A stretch of DNA of 42,199 bases from Candidatus Nanoarchaeia archaeon (GCA_048618745.1 JBMCCQ010000003.1:1-42199), one strand, 5' to 3'. Numbered from the stretch's first letter, positions 19,387 through 27,569 are shown. The notes: a model not told the origin generated them from the sequence alone. A program made the numbers and translations.

Positions 19387-19521
19387 CTCACCTCGTATAA
19401 GCTATCTTGTTTACCTTGTGCGCCCGGAACAGAATACACAACCAATGTGGTTGTCAGAAGGCCCGGACGCGCTCTCTAAAAATAAAAGCTAAAGTACTGG
19501 TAAAAGAAGCTATAAACTGAG
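19387..19521 (-). promoter_or_regulatory. Putative attenuator RNA structure upstream of the aspartate kinase operon
   Basis: By-eye pairings: GCGUCCGGG (19470-19462) with UCCGGGCGC (19428-19420); ACAACCA/UGGUUGU (19454-19438); leader codons 19521-19499 partly complementary to 19415-19387, which includes the SD GAGGUGA. Confidence 0.55.
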
Positions 19522-19565
19522 CTAGGAAAATCTTTCACACTCCCAATAATTTTGCCTATGCTCAT
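19476..19565 (-). CDS. Putative Phe/Tyr-rich leader peptide (29 aa), missing from the ORF track
   Basis: Manual translation MSIGKIIGSVKDFPSSVYSFFYQYFSFYF*; 9 of the last 12 codons are Phe/Tyr; directly upstream of an aromatic-precursor operon. Confidence 0.7.
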   Translation of the reverse strand: MSIGKIIGSVKDFPSSVYSFFYQYFSFYF

Positions 19566-19591
19566 AATTCTTTTTTGTAGGAAACAACTTA

Positions 19592-19606
19592 TTTTTATAT
19601 TTTTCG
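19592..19606 (-). promoter_or_regulatory. BRE + TATA promoter for the leader/aspartate kinase operon
   Basis: Minus strand CGAAAA-A-TATAAAAA, ending 26 nt before the leader ATG, consistent with a (nearly) leaderless transcript. Confidence 0.7.
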
Positions 19607-19619
19607 ACCGGGACAAATA

Positions 19620-19871
19620 TTATTTTTTGGTGCTTCTTTTCCATACTATTTCTTCTTTCTTTTTTATCATCCTTATCCTGTGGAGAGGAATATTAATAGT
19701 TTCACCTTCAAAATTGTCAAAAACAAGCAAATTGTCTTGAATGTTTGCCTTATTTAGTTTCAGTTCTTCAAGTTTCTTTTCTACACGGTCATAATACATT
19801 AAGGCGTAATCGTCAATGTTTTCTCTTGGATCCCACTTGATTTTGTTCAGGAATTCTTTTTCTGTTAACAT
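19620..19871 (-). CDS. DUF504 / MJ1316-like small protein
   Basis: 'LNKIKWDP...YYDR...IPLHRIRMI...IVWKR'. Confidence 0.85.
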   Translation of the reverse strand: MLTEKEFLNKIKWDPRENIDDYALMYYDRVEKKLEELKLNKANIQDNLLVFDNFEGETINIPLHRIRMIKKKEEIVWKRSTKK

Positions 19872-19961
19872 AATATTCAGAAATATTCGCTAATTTAAAA
19901 AATGTAATTTACTTGATTTTGTAGAAAATTTTTTATAATAAGTAAAAATCAAAGTTTTGCT

Positions 19962-20249
19962 ATGAGCAGAATAAGACATATTGTACTTGATGTATTAAAG
20001 CCGCATGAACCGCCTGTAACTGATATCTGCTCTTCCATAGGTGACCTGGAGGGGGTAGACGGAGTAAATGTTACAGTAATGCAGGTCGACAAAGACGTAG
20101 AGGGCGTCAAAGTTACAATTAAGGGCGAAAATATTGATGTAGGCCAGGTAGAAAAAGTTATTGAGGACAGTGGCTGCGCAATCCATAGTATTGATAAGGT
20201 AAGCTGTGGTGAAGAGATAGTAAAAGACGCTCCAACCCCACAGGATTAA
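19962..20249 (+). CDS. DUF211 family protein
   Basis: 'IVLDVLKPHEP', 'GVDGVN', 'AIHSIDKVSCG'. Confidence 0.9.
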   Translation: MSRIRHIVLDVLKPHEPPVTDICSSIGDLEGVDGVNVTVMQVDKDVEGVKVTIKGENIDVGQVEKVIEDSGCAIHSIDKVSCGEEIVKDAPTPQD

Positions 20250-20250
20250 G

Positions 20251-20760
20251 ATGCTTCGCCTTATAATCAGAGGATTGGTAGATGGGGCATTATCCAGTCT
20301 AGGTGTAGTTATTGGTGCATCTCTATCTAATGATATGGCAATTGTTCTTTCTGCAGGACTTTCAGGAGCGGTTGCAAACGGCTTTTCTAATATAATGGCT
20401 GCTTTTACTGCTGAAAAAACAGGAAGATACGTTGACCTTAATAAGCTTGAAAAAAAGATGATGAAGTCTTTAAAGGGAACGAGACATGAAAGAGCTATTG
20501 AAAAAGAGGTTATGAAGGGAGGAATATATGATGGTGTGGCAAGTTTTTTTGGCGGGGCAATACCTATTTTGCCGTTTTTATTTTTGGATGGAACTGCCGC
20601 ATTGTCTACTGCAATAGGCCTTGTAGGAGTGCTGGCAGTGGTTTTGGGCATAAACACAAGCCTTCATTCAAGAGAGAACATGTTTTTCAGCGTTACTAAG
20701 ATGCTGGTATTTACATTTGCCACAGCAGGAATATGTGTTTCTATACAGTATTTATTTTAG
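20251..20760 (+). CDS. VIT1/CCC1-family membrane protein
   Basis: 'GLVDGALSSLGVVIGA', 'GGAIPILPF'; commonly paired with DUF211. Confidence 0.85.
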   Translation: MLRLIIRGLVDGALSSLGVVIGASLSNDMAIVLSAGLSGAVANGFSNIMAAFTAEKTGRYVDLNKLEKKMMKSLKGTRHERAIEKEVMKGGIYDGVASFFGGAIPILPFLFLDGTAALSTAIGLVGVLAVVLGINTSLHSRENMFFSVTKMLVFTFATAGICVSIQYLF

Positions 20761-20971
20761 TTTTTTCATGATTTAAGTTCTTTTGTAAATGATTAACTTG
20801 TAAAATCAGCAAAAAGGGGAGTTTGTGTTTTAGCACTTGGCAGGTTATTTTTAACAAAGTTTGTGCCCTTATGGTTGCTGTTTTTATGTTGCAGTTCATA
20901 TTATTGTAAATGTAATCTTTTCAGATATCTTGCAGTAATATTTATATAATGCTTAAAGCAGTATAATATAT

Positions 20972-21469
20972 ATGATTAAGATAAGAAAGGCTAAAGTAAG
21001 TGATGCAGAAGGCATTGGAGAGATGAGAAAAGAGGGTTTTAAAAGAAAGGCCTGGCCGTATAGCGGCAGAAAAAGATTTACAAAAAAGGGAATTGATGAA
21101 TTAAGGGATGAGTTATCTTCAAAGTCTACTAGATGTTTTATTGCAATAGATACTAACACAAAAAGAATAGTTGGCTCAGTTAATTGTGATAGTGGAAAGG
21201 GCAGGTTAAGGCATAGAGTTGGTTTAGGCTGGGGAGTGCATCCTGATTATATGGGCCAGGGTATTGGCACTAAATTATTGCAGCGTGCTTTAGATGATGC
21301 TAAAAAAAGAGGCTTTAAGAGAGCTGAAGCAGAGATGGCGGTTAAGAATACTCCCTCCTGGAAGATGGCATTAAACTGCGGGTTTAAGATTGAAGGGCAG
21401 AAGAAAAAAGGGTTTTTAACTGATGACGGCAAGTATATAGATACATATGTTGTGGGTAAGATCTTGTAA
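20972..21469 (+). CDS. GNAT family N-acetyltransferase
   Basis: AcCoA motif 'VHPDYMGQGIGTKLL' and 'CGFKIEG'. Confidence 0.9.
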   Translation: MIKIRKAKVSDAEGIGEMRKEGFKRKAWPYSGRKRFTKKGIDELRDELSSKSTRCFIAIDTNTKRIVGSVNCDSGKGRLRHRVGLGWGVHPDYMGQGIGTKLLQRALDDAKKRGFKRAEAEMAVKNTPSWKMALNCGFKIEGQKKKGFLTDDGKYIDTYVVGKIL

Positions 21470-21506
21470 TAAATCTTATCATATTAATTCTGATTATTTT
21501 TTATTG

Positions 21507-21660
21507 CACAAAATACTTGACTTGCGCCTTAAGGTCAACAATTTCCTCATGCCCCCCGTAAGACAAAAAGGCAGCCCTACGTATACAAAATAATCCTTAA
21601 GAATTCTTAAAGAAAGAATTGGTATGTAGGGCAAATTTTGACGGCGTCAAGTATTTTGTG
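21507..21660. repeat. 154-bp nested inverted-repeat (MITE-like) element
   Basis: Perfect 15-bp terminal IR CACAAAATACTTGAC (21507-21521) / GTCAAGTATTTTGTG (21646-21660); inner arms 21574-21583 and 21623-21632; central palindrome TTAAGAATTCTTAA (21597-21610). Confidence 0.75.
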
Positions 21661-21676
21661 GGTATGCTATTTTGAG

Positions 21677-21928
21677 TCATGAGTTTGCTTTCTTGGATTT
21701 TGATATAAGAATAAAAGTGTAAATCGCTGAGATTATGCATGCAATCGAGAAAAGAAACGTTAAAATGAAAAACACTGGCTCCTGGAAACCAAATATCCAT
21801 GTAATCGCATTATGTAGTATTACGGATAAAAACACTCCAAGTAGTAAAAGCAAGGTGATTCTTGACTGCCTTTTAATTTTTGATTGCATAAATAACAAGA
21901 AAATCTGTTTGAATATAAATTTTTGCAA
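21677..21928 (-). CDS. Small membrane protein
   Basis: Two hydrophobic helices with 'ILHNAI...EPVFFIL'; the start may be the second Met. Confidence 0.55.
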   Translation of the reverse strand: MQKFIFKQIFLLFMQSKIKRQSRITLLLLLGVFLSVILHNAITWIFGFQEPVFFILTFLFSIACIISAIYTFILISKSKKANS

Positions 21929-22018
21929 TACACGTTATATTTTTGTATAATCTTATTGTATTTACATTAACCCAGAAGGTTAGTAATTTTTAAATAATAA
22001 ATATGCTTTCAATTCTAT

Positions 22019-22567
22019 ATGTTTTATGATAAAACATTAACTGAATTTGTAAAGGACCACGGATTGGACTCTGAAGAAACGATTTCTGATGTCTCTACAA
22101 AAGATTTGTATAATTTGAAAAGTCAGGGCTACACTGTTGAAAATATGTTAGATTATTTAAGTTCCCATTTTAACCGCTTGCTGCATGGTTCAAGAACTGA
22201 TATTAGTAACCCTAATCTAAAGCCAAATCAGAAGAACAGGATTTATGCCACCAATTATGGCTCAATTGCAATATTAAAAGCAGTTTTTTCCAACTGGAAC
22301 TTAAAAGGCAATGGTTTGAGATACCCCATATGGATAAATGAACATACACCACTTGAGTTGCGAATAGAAGGTTTAAATAAAGATACAATAGGGGATGGAG
22401 GATTTGTTTATGTAATAAATAGTGCAGAATTTTTTAATCATCCTCCTGGTTCATGGCAGTATATTAATACAGGAAGAGATGTACCTATCCAGGCGAAAAT
22501 TGAAGTTGAGTATGATGATTTTAAGTATCCAGTTATTGATGTAGATAATAAAATAAGAATTAAGTAG
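22019..22567 (+). CDS. Hypothetical protein, possible ADP-ribosyltransferase fold
   Basis: 'LLHGS ... IYAT ... GFVYVI ... WQY' motif order. Confidence 0.55.
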   Translation: MFYDKTLTEFVKDHGLDSEETISDVSTKDLYNLKSQGYTVENMLDYLSSHFNRLLHGSRTDISNPNLKPNQKNRIYATNYGSIAILKAVFSNWNLKGNGLRYPIWINEHTPLELRIEGLNKDTIGDGGFVYVINSAEFFNHPPGSWQYINTGRDVPIQAKIEVEYDDFKYPVIDVDNKIRIK

Positions 22568-22701
22568 AGCTTGTTAACAGTATACTTAATCTTGTTTCAC
22601 AGGCCACAGCATTCATAATCAAATTAATCTTCTTCAAATATGATGCTGATTGATGTCAGACAAAGCAAAAATTTATAAAGATAAAATCCTTTTACTGCAT
22701 T

Positions 22702-22920
22702 ATGACCAGAAAATTTAATGTTCTAATTGAGCAGGATGAAGATGGAACATTTATTGGAAGAGTTCCTGAATTAAAGGGTTGTATTACGCAGGGTGATTCA
22801 TTGGATGAACTTATGAAAAACATGAAAGAAGCCGTTGAATTATACCTTGAAATTGAGGACGGACAGAATAATGAAGAAAAGATAAGATTCTTAGGTGTTC
22901 AGCAAATTGAGGTTGCTTAA
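22702..22920 (+). CDS. hicB: HicB family antitoxin
   Basis: 'VPELKGCITQGDSLDELMKNMKEAVELYLE'. Confidence 0.92.
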   Translation: MTRKFNVLIEQDEDGTFIGRVPELKGCITQGDSLDELMKNMKEAVELYLEIEDGQNNEEKIRFLGVQQIEVA

Positions 22921-23147
22921 TGAAGTTGCCAAGGTTGTCTTCTAAGGAATTATGTAAATTTCTTGAAAAGGAAGGTTTTTGTGCAATAAGGCAAAAAGGG
23001 AGTCATAAATTCTATAGGCATCCTGATGGAAGGACTACTTTGGTTCCTGTTCATTCAAACAAGGAAATCAGCCGGGGGCTTTTAAAAGGTATCCTGGAAG
23101 AAATTGAAATGAAAAGAGAAGAGTTCTTTAAAAGATTTAAAAAATAA
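22920..23147 (+). CDS. hicA: HicA family toxin (mRNA interferase)
   Basis: 'GFCAIRQKGSHKFYRHPDGRTTLVPVH...GLLKGIL'; TAATG overlap with hicB. Confidence 0.92.
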   Translation: MKLPRLSSKELCKFLEKEGFCAIRQKGSHKFYRHPDGRTTLVPVHSNKEISRGLLKGILEEIEMKREEFFKRFKK

Positions 23148-23221
23148 GTTTTGCTTGTGTGGACACAGGCCACTGGCCATTTGGGCATAGCATTATTAAA
23201 GCATTTAATTCTATTTTTGTT

Positions 23222-24007
23222 ATGCTGATAGGAGTCAGAGGCAGCCGGGCACTTAATGATAAACTTATTGCTTTTGCTTTAAATTCCACCCCGACTCTTT
23301 TTATAGATTGTGCCGGCTGCTCTGACATCCATCGCTTTAAGGGATATCCAGTAGAAAATTTCCAGCGGCTTTACATAGTTCCTGCTGAATCACTTTACAG
23401 GTTCCTTCCCACAATAAAAAGCATTCCTGAATTAGCCAGACAAACAGATGCGGAGAAGATATTCATCAGCTCCTTTAATCATCTTTTTGATTACGATGAC
23501 AAAGAGGAGAATTATGATATATTTGTTTATGCATGGCAGCTTTTAAGGAAGCTTGGAAAGGAATTTGATATATTTGCAGGGATTAAAACAGGAAGTGTTC
23601 ATGAGGATTTAGCTCAATGCAAAATTATTGATGAATCTGCATTAGATGCATTAGTAAATGTAAAAAGTGATGTTAATATGGGGCATACTATAAACAGCCA
23701 GAGAAATGAAACTGATGTGTTGATAAATGAATTAAAGCAATTTGGAAAATCTCTCAGTGAAAATGACAGGGAAATTTTTGATGAACTGATAAAATCCTCC
23801 CTAAAACATTTGGGAAGTATTAGCTATACATCATCAGTTAATGTATGGGTGTTTTTTTTGCTTTCAGTAATTATTGAACAAGAGAAAAAGTGGGAGCAGG
23901 AAAAAAACAGGGTGAATAACTCCAAGATCAGTGAAAATAATGTGGCTTCTCGATGCGTATCGGAAAAAGGAGAAAATAGTATTATGGCTCAAGACAGGGA
24001 AGGGTAG
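23222..24007 (+). CDS. PolB2 accessory protein: inactivated RadA/RecA-like domain fused to a small helical PolB2-partner domain
   Basis: Degenerate RecA-like core ('LFIDCAG', no Walker A). From ATG 23678, 'MGHTINSQR...ELKQFGKSLSENDREIFDEL' resembles the arCOG07300-type partner. Start chosen at ATG 23222. Confidence 0.65.
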   Translation: MLIGVRGSRALNDKLIAFALNSTPTLFIDCAGCSDIHRFKGYPVENFQRLYIVPAESLYRFLPTIKSIPELARQTDAEKIFISSFNHLFDYDDKEENYDIFVYAWQLLRKLGKEFDIFAGIKTGSVHEDLAQCKIIDESALDALVNVKSDVNMGHTINSQRNETDVLINELKQFGKSLSENDREIFDELIKSSLKHLGSISYTSSVNVWVFFLLSVIIEQEKKWEQEKNRVNNSKISENNVASRCVSEKGENSIMAQDREG

Positions 24008-26489
24008 TATAAAGATTGAAAAACCGTTTGCTGCAGTTTTTTATGTTGAAAAAAGAGGAAAACACATACTTGATAAATTATGCCTTGACTACCAGTTAGA
24101 AAAAAAGAAAGATTACTTAGGCAAAGTTAGATATGTCTATGAAGTTCCAGTCTTTAACCTTAATAATTTTGAAAATATTGTGAGTAAAATTGAGAAACTG
24201 TCAAGGCATACTCTTACCTTATATAATGCTGATATCACCCCTGAGCAGCAGTTTTTGTTTTATCATAATCTTTACTGCGGCAAATACACTGACATAAAAT
24301 CATTAAAACAGACTGAATCTGAAATCTGCCTTACTCGCTGCTATTTAAGCTATGAAAACAATCTTATTATGAATGATAGGGAGTATCCACTGGAAAAGTT
24401 TGCAGAAGAGTTTGAAAAGCAGGATCCAGATGTAATTTTAATGCAAAATGGTTTTTCCCGCCTTCCAAAACTTTATGAAGACCTCAAAGCAAAGGGAATT
24501 ATCTGCCCCTTTCACCGCTGGGATGCAACCTTTATTAAGTACAAGGGAGGAAAATCTTTTTTTAGCTATGGCAGAGTTATATATCATGATTTTGCAATAC
24601 GCCTGCGGGGAAGGTTTCTCGTCGACACTAATTCAGTTATTGGTGGTGAGTGTGATGTTGAGGGGATAATGGAGTTATGCAGGCTGACAGGCGCACAGTT
24701 CCAGCAGATTGCTTCACGCAGTTTTGGGGCGGCTTTTCAGTTCTCATTAGTAAGACTACTTTATCAGAAAAACTATCTTGTCCCCTACAAGGAAAAACCT
24801 GTTGATATCCCCTTGAGTATGTATGATCTTCTTAAAGGGGACAGGGGCGGGCATACGTTTGATTCAATTACCGGTTTTCATAAAAATGTTGCTGAAATCG
24901 ATTTTACGTCGATGTTTCCTTTTATAATCTATAATAAAAATATTAGCGCTGAAACAATTCTGAATCATGATGAGCCGCGCGAAAAGGTCCCCAATCTGCC
25001 GTTTTCTGTTTCTAAAAAAGAAAAAGGAATAGTTGGGATGGCAATAAAGCCACTTTTAAAAAAAAGGATGGAGTATAAAAAAAATCCAAATCATCTCAAT
25101 AAAAAAAGGGCTGATGCATTAAAGATGGTTCTTGTAACTGCTTATGGATATTTAAGGTTTAGAGAATTTAAACTGGGGATTGCAACTTCACACATGGCCA
25201 TATGCTCATATGCACGCGAAATTATACTTGAAGCTTCAAAGATGGCTGAAAACAGGGGGTTTAAGGTGGTGCATGGAATTATTGACAGTCTTTATATAAA
25301 AAAAACCAATATAACTGAAGAAGAGGTTAAGGATTTCTGTGATGAACTAACACAAAAATTTGGTATACCTGCAGATTTTGAAGGAATGTTCAAATGGATA
25401 GTATTTTTGCCTAGTGTTAATGATATTTCAAGGCCGTTACCTGCGTGTTATTATGGTGCTTTTAATGATAAAACAATTAAGGCCAGGGGAATTGAAGTAA
25501 GAGAGAGAAAAACCCCTAAAGTTGTAAAAATTTTCCAGCAGAAAATACTTGAAGCAATGTCTGAGTGTGGTTCAAAAAAAGAAATCCTGGGGAGAGTAAA
25601 AGAGTTTTGTGTAGTCTTGAGGCAGGTGATACAATATCTGCCTAATGTAAAAAGAGATTTTTTAACGCATAATTTAAGGATTTCAAAAACTGACTATAAG
25701 CATAACACACCGCAAAAACAGATTGTTGAAAAGCTAAAAAAACAAGGAAAGGTTTACCCCGGGCAAAGGATAGAATATATAATAGAAAATAAAGGTCAAA
25801 ACAAAAATGGAAAGGGCTCTGCAGTTTTATTAAATGAGTATTCAGGTAAGTGTGATATAGTTTATTACAAAAAGCTTCTAACAAGGAGTTTGTTTAATAT
25901 TTTGCAGCCCCTTGGCATTAGCTATGAAAAAATTCTTCAGTTGTCTAGTCTGGAGAAGCAGACGCTTATTACTGATTATTACCCCAAAATAAAATTTGTT
26001 TACATTAGGATGAAAAGAAACTACAAATACAACAGGGGTTTAAGTGAGAAGATTATTAAAAAAAGGCTGGAAGGGAATAACTGGATTGTCTGGAGGGGAG
26101 GGTGCATTAATATTTTAAGAAACAATGTATTAAGACACAATGAGGTTTACCCTAATGTTTATAATAAATATTCCAAATTAATTAGTTTGTTGAAAAAATA
26201 TTATCCTGGAATTGTTGAGTATCTGCAATATCTATGCTCAGTTCATCACGGGATGCCTGATTTTTTATGTTTTAGGGACGGGGAGTTTAAGTTTGTCGAG
26301 TGCAAGTTCCGCCATGAGTCTTTAAGCGGGCGGCAGAAAAAGTGCATACAAAGGCTATTGGATATTGGCTTTGTGGTAGAGGTGCATAAACTGGTTGGGC
26401 CTGAGACAAAGACAAGGGAGGCCGTAATTAATATAAGAAATAATGAAAAGAAAATTATTGCAAAGCAAAAGATGCTTAAAGGGTATTAA
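23940..26489 (+). CDS. polB2: Family B DNA polymerase, PolB2 group, with a C-terminal VRR-NUC domain
   Basis: Motif A 'IDFTSMFP', motif B 'ALKMVLVTAYGY', altered motif C 'HGIIDS', 'KARGIE'; C-terminal 'GMPDF...FVECK...LSGRQ'. The start may be GTG 23931. Confidence 0.85.
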   Translation: MWLLDAYRKKEKIVLWLKTGKGSIKIEKPFAAVFYVEKRGKHILDKLCLDYQLEKKKDYLGKVRYVYEVPVFNLNNFENIVSKIEKLSRHTLTLYNADITPEQQFLFYHNLYCGKYTDIKSLKQTESEICLTRCYLSYENNLIMNDREYPLEKFAEEFEKQDPDVILMQNGFSRLPKLYEDLKAKGIICPFHRWDATFIKYKGGKSFFSYGRVIYHDFAIRLRGRFLVDTNSVIGGECDVEGIMELCRLTGAQFQQIASRSFGAAFQFSLVRLLYQKNYLVPYKEKPVDIPLSMYDLLKGDRGGHTFDSITGFHKNVAEIDFTSMFPFIIYNKNISAETILNHDEPREKVPNLPFSVSKKEKGIVGMAIKPLLKKRMEYKKNPNHLNKKRADALKMVLVTAYGYLRFREFKLGIATSHMAICSYAREIILEASKMAENRGFKVVHGIIDSLYIKKTNITEEEVKDFCDELTQKFGIPADFEGMFKWIVFLPSVNDISRPLPACYYGAFNDKTIKARGIEVRERKTPKVVKIFQQKILEAMSECGSKKEILGRVKEFCVVLRQVIQYLPNVKRDFLTHNLRISKTDYKHNTPQKQIVEKLKKQGKVYPGQRIEYIIENKGQNKNGKGSAVLLNEYSGKCDIVYYKKLLTRSLFNILQPLGISYEKILQLSSLEKQTLITDYYPKIKFVYIRMKRNYKYNRGLSEKIIKKRLEGNNWIVWRGGCINILRNNVLRHNEVYPNVYNKYSKLISLLKKYYPGIVEYLQYLCSVHHGMPDFLCFRDGEFKFVECKFRHESLSGRQKKCIQRLLDIGFVVEVHKLVGPETKTREAVINIRNNEKKIIAKQKMLKGY

Positions 26490-26564
26490 GAATACTTCCA
26501 TTTTCTAGCCTCCTATATCAGTACTCCGGATTACATTTTAATAAGATAAAAAAATTGTTCACTT

Positions 26565-27569
26565 ATGGCAGAACACGCGTCTTGTTGTGAAGTTCCTCAG
26601 AAGTTTGGGTTAAGCAGGAATCTGAAAATAGTTGGCAGTATATTTATTGCTGTGTTTGCATTATCTTTTCTGCCGTTTTCATTTTTAGAGCCGCTTAATC
26701 AAAGCATTATTTCATATATCCAGTTAATCTGGTGGGCGGTCCTTTTAGGTCTGGTTATTGGGGGATTGATAGATTATTTTATTCCGGAAGGATTTATATT
26801 TAGGTATTTAGGCCAAAAGAAAAAATCAACGCTGCTTTATGCAGTTTTTGCAGGCTTTCTGCTTTCAGCTTGCTCACATGGAATTTTGGCCATTTCAATG
26901 CAGTTATATAAAAAAGGAGCCGGAATCCCTGCTGTAATTACATTCTTAATGGCCTCCCCCTGGGCAAATTTGCCCATAACAATACTTTTGTTCGGGTTTT
27001 TCGGCTGGAAAGCAATATTTTTTGTTTTAGCTGCCATGATTATTGCATTAATTACTGGCTTTATCTATATGCTTCTTGAAAATTCAGGGATGATAGAAAA
27101 ATCAAAGGATGTAGCAGAAAAACAAAACTACACCTGGGATAAAATAAAAAATTTTGATTTTAAAAAAAGTGTCAGGGGAGTTTCATTTGGAACTGTTAAC
27201 CTCGCCAATATGGTTTTGTGGTGGATATTAATTGGATTTCTGGCAGCCGCTGTAATAAGTGCCTATGTTCCTCAAAATATTTTCACGCAGTATCTTGGCC
27301 CGGATATTACCGGCCTGCTTTTAACTTTGGCCTTTGCAACAATTATTGAAGTCTGCAGCGAAGGCTCTGCGCCGATTGCATTTGAAATATTTAGTAAGGT
27401 AGGTGCATTAGGTAACCCTTTTATTTTTTTAATGGCCGGCGTTGCGACTGATTATACTGAGATTGGCCTGATATGGACAAACATTGGCAAAAGAGCAGCA
27501 ATCTGGCTTCCAGTAGTCACTGTTCCGCAGATAGTTTTTGTTGCATGGTTGTTTAATATGTTTTTGTGA
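26565..27569 (+). CDS. DUF318/ArsP-family permease
   Basis: About 8 TM helices; 'ACSHG', 'FLMASP', 'VCSEGSAP'. Confidence 0.85.
   Translation: MAEHASCCEVPQKFGLSRNLKIVGSIFIAVFALSFLPFSFLEPLNQSIISYIQLIWWAVLLGLVIGGLIDYFIPEGFIFRYLGQKKKSTLLYAVFAGFLLSACSHGILAISMQLYKKGAGIPAVITFLMASPWANLPITILLFGFFGWKAIFFVLAAMIIALITGFIYMLLENSGMIEKSKDVAEKQNYTWDKIKNFDFKKSVRGVSFGTVNLANMVLWWILIGFLAAAVISAYVPQNIFTQYLGPDITGLLLTLAFATIIEVCSEGSAPIAFEIFSKVGALGNPFIFLMAGVATDYTEIGLIWTNIGKRAAIWLPVVTVPQIVFVAWLFNMFL

Noticed and set aside
19340-19600. Lysine riboswitch or T-box upstream of aspartate kinase
   Set aside because: No recognisable L-box or T-box (UGGNACC) consensus; the region is better explained by the Phe/Tyr ORF and hairpins.
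19995-20657. 220-aa minus-strand ORF and similar antisense ORFs (e.g. 12489-12947, 15694-16221, 17710-18207, 18927-19400)
   Set aside because: Antisense shadows of well-supported genes, with no motifs.
23940-26489. Casposon, pipolin or viral polymerase
   Set aside because: No Cas1, integrase, capsid or terminal repeats nearby; motifs and partner gene fit cellular PolB2.
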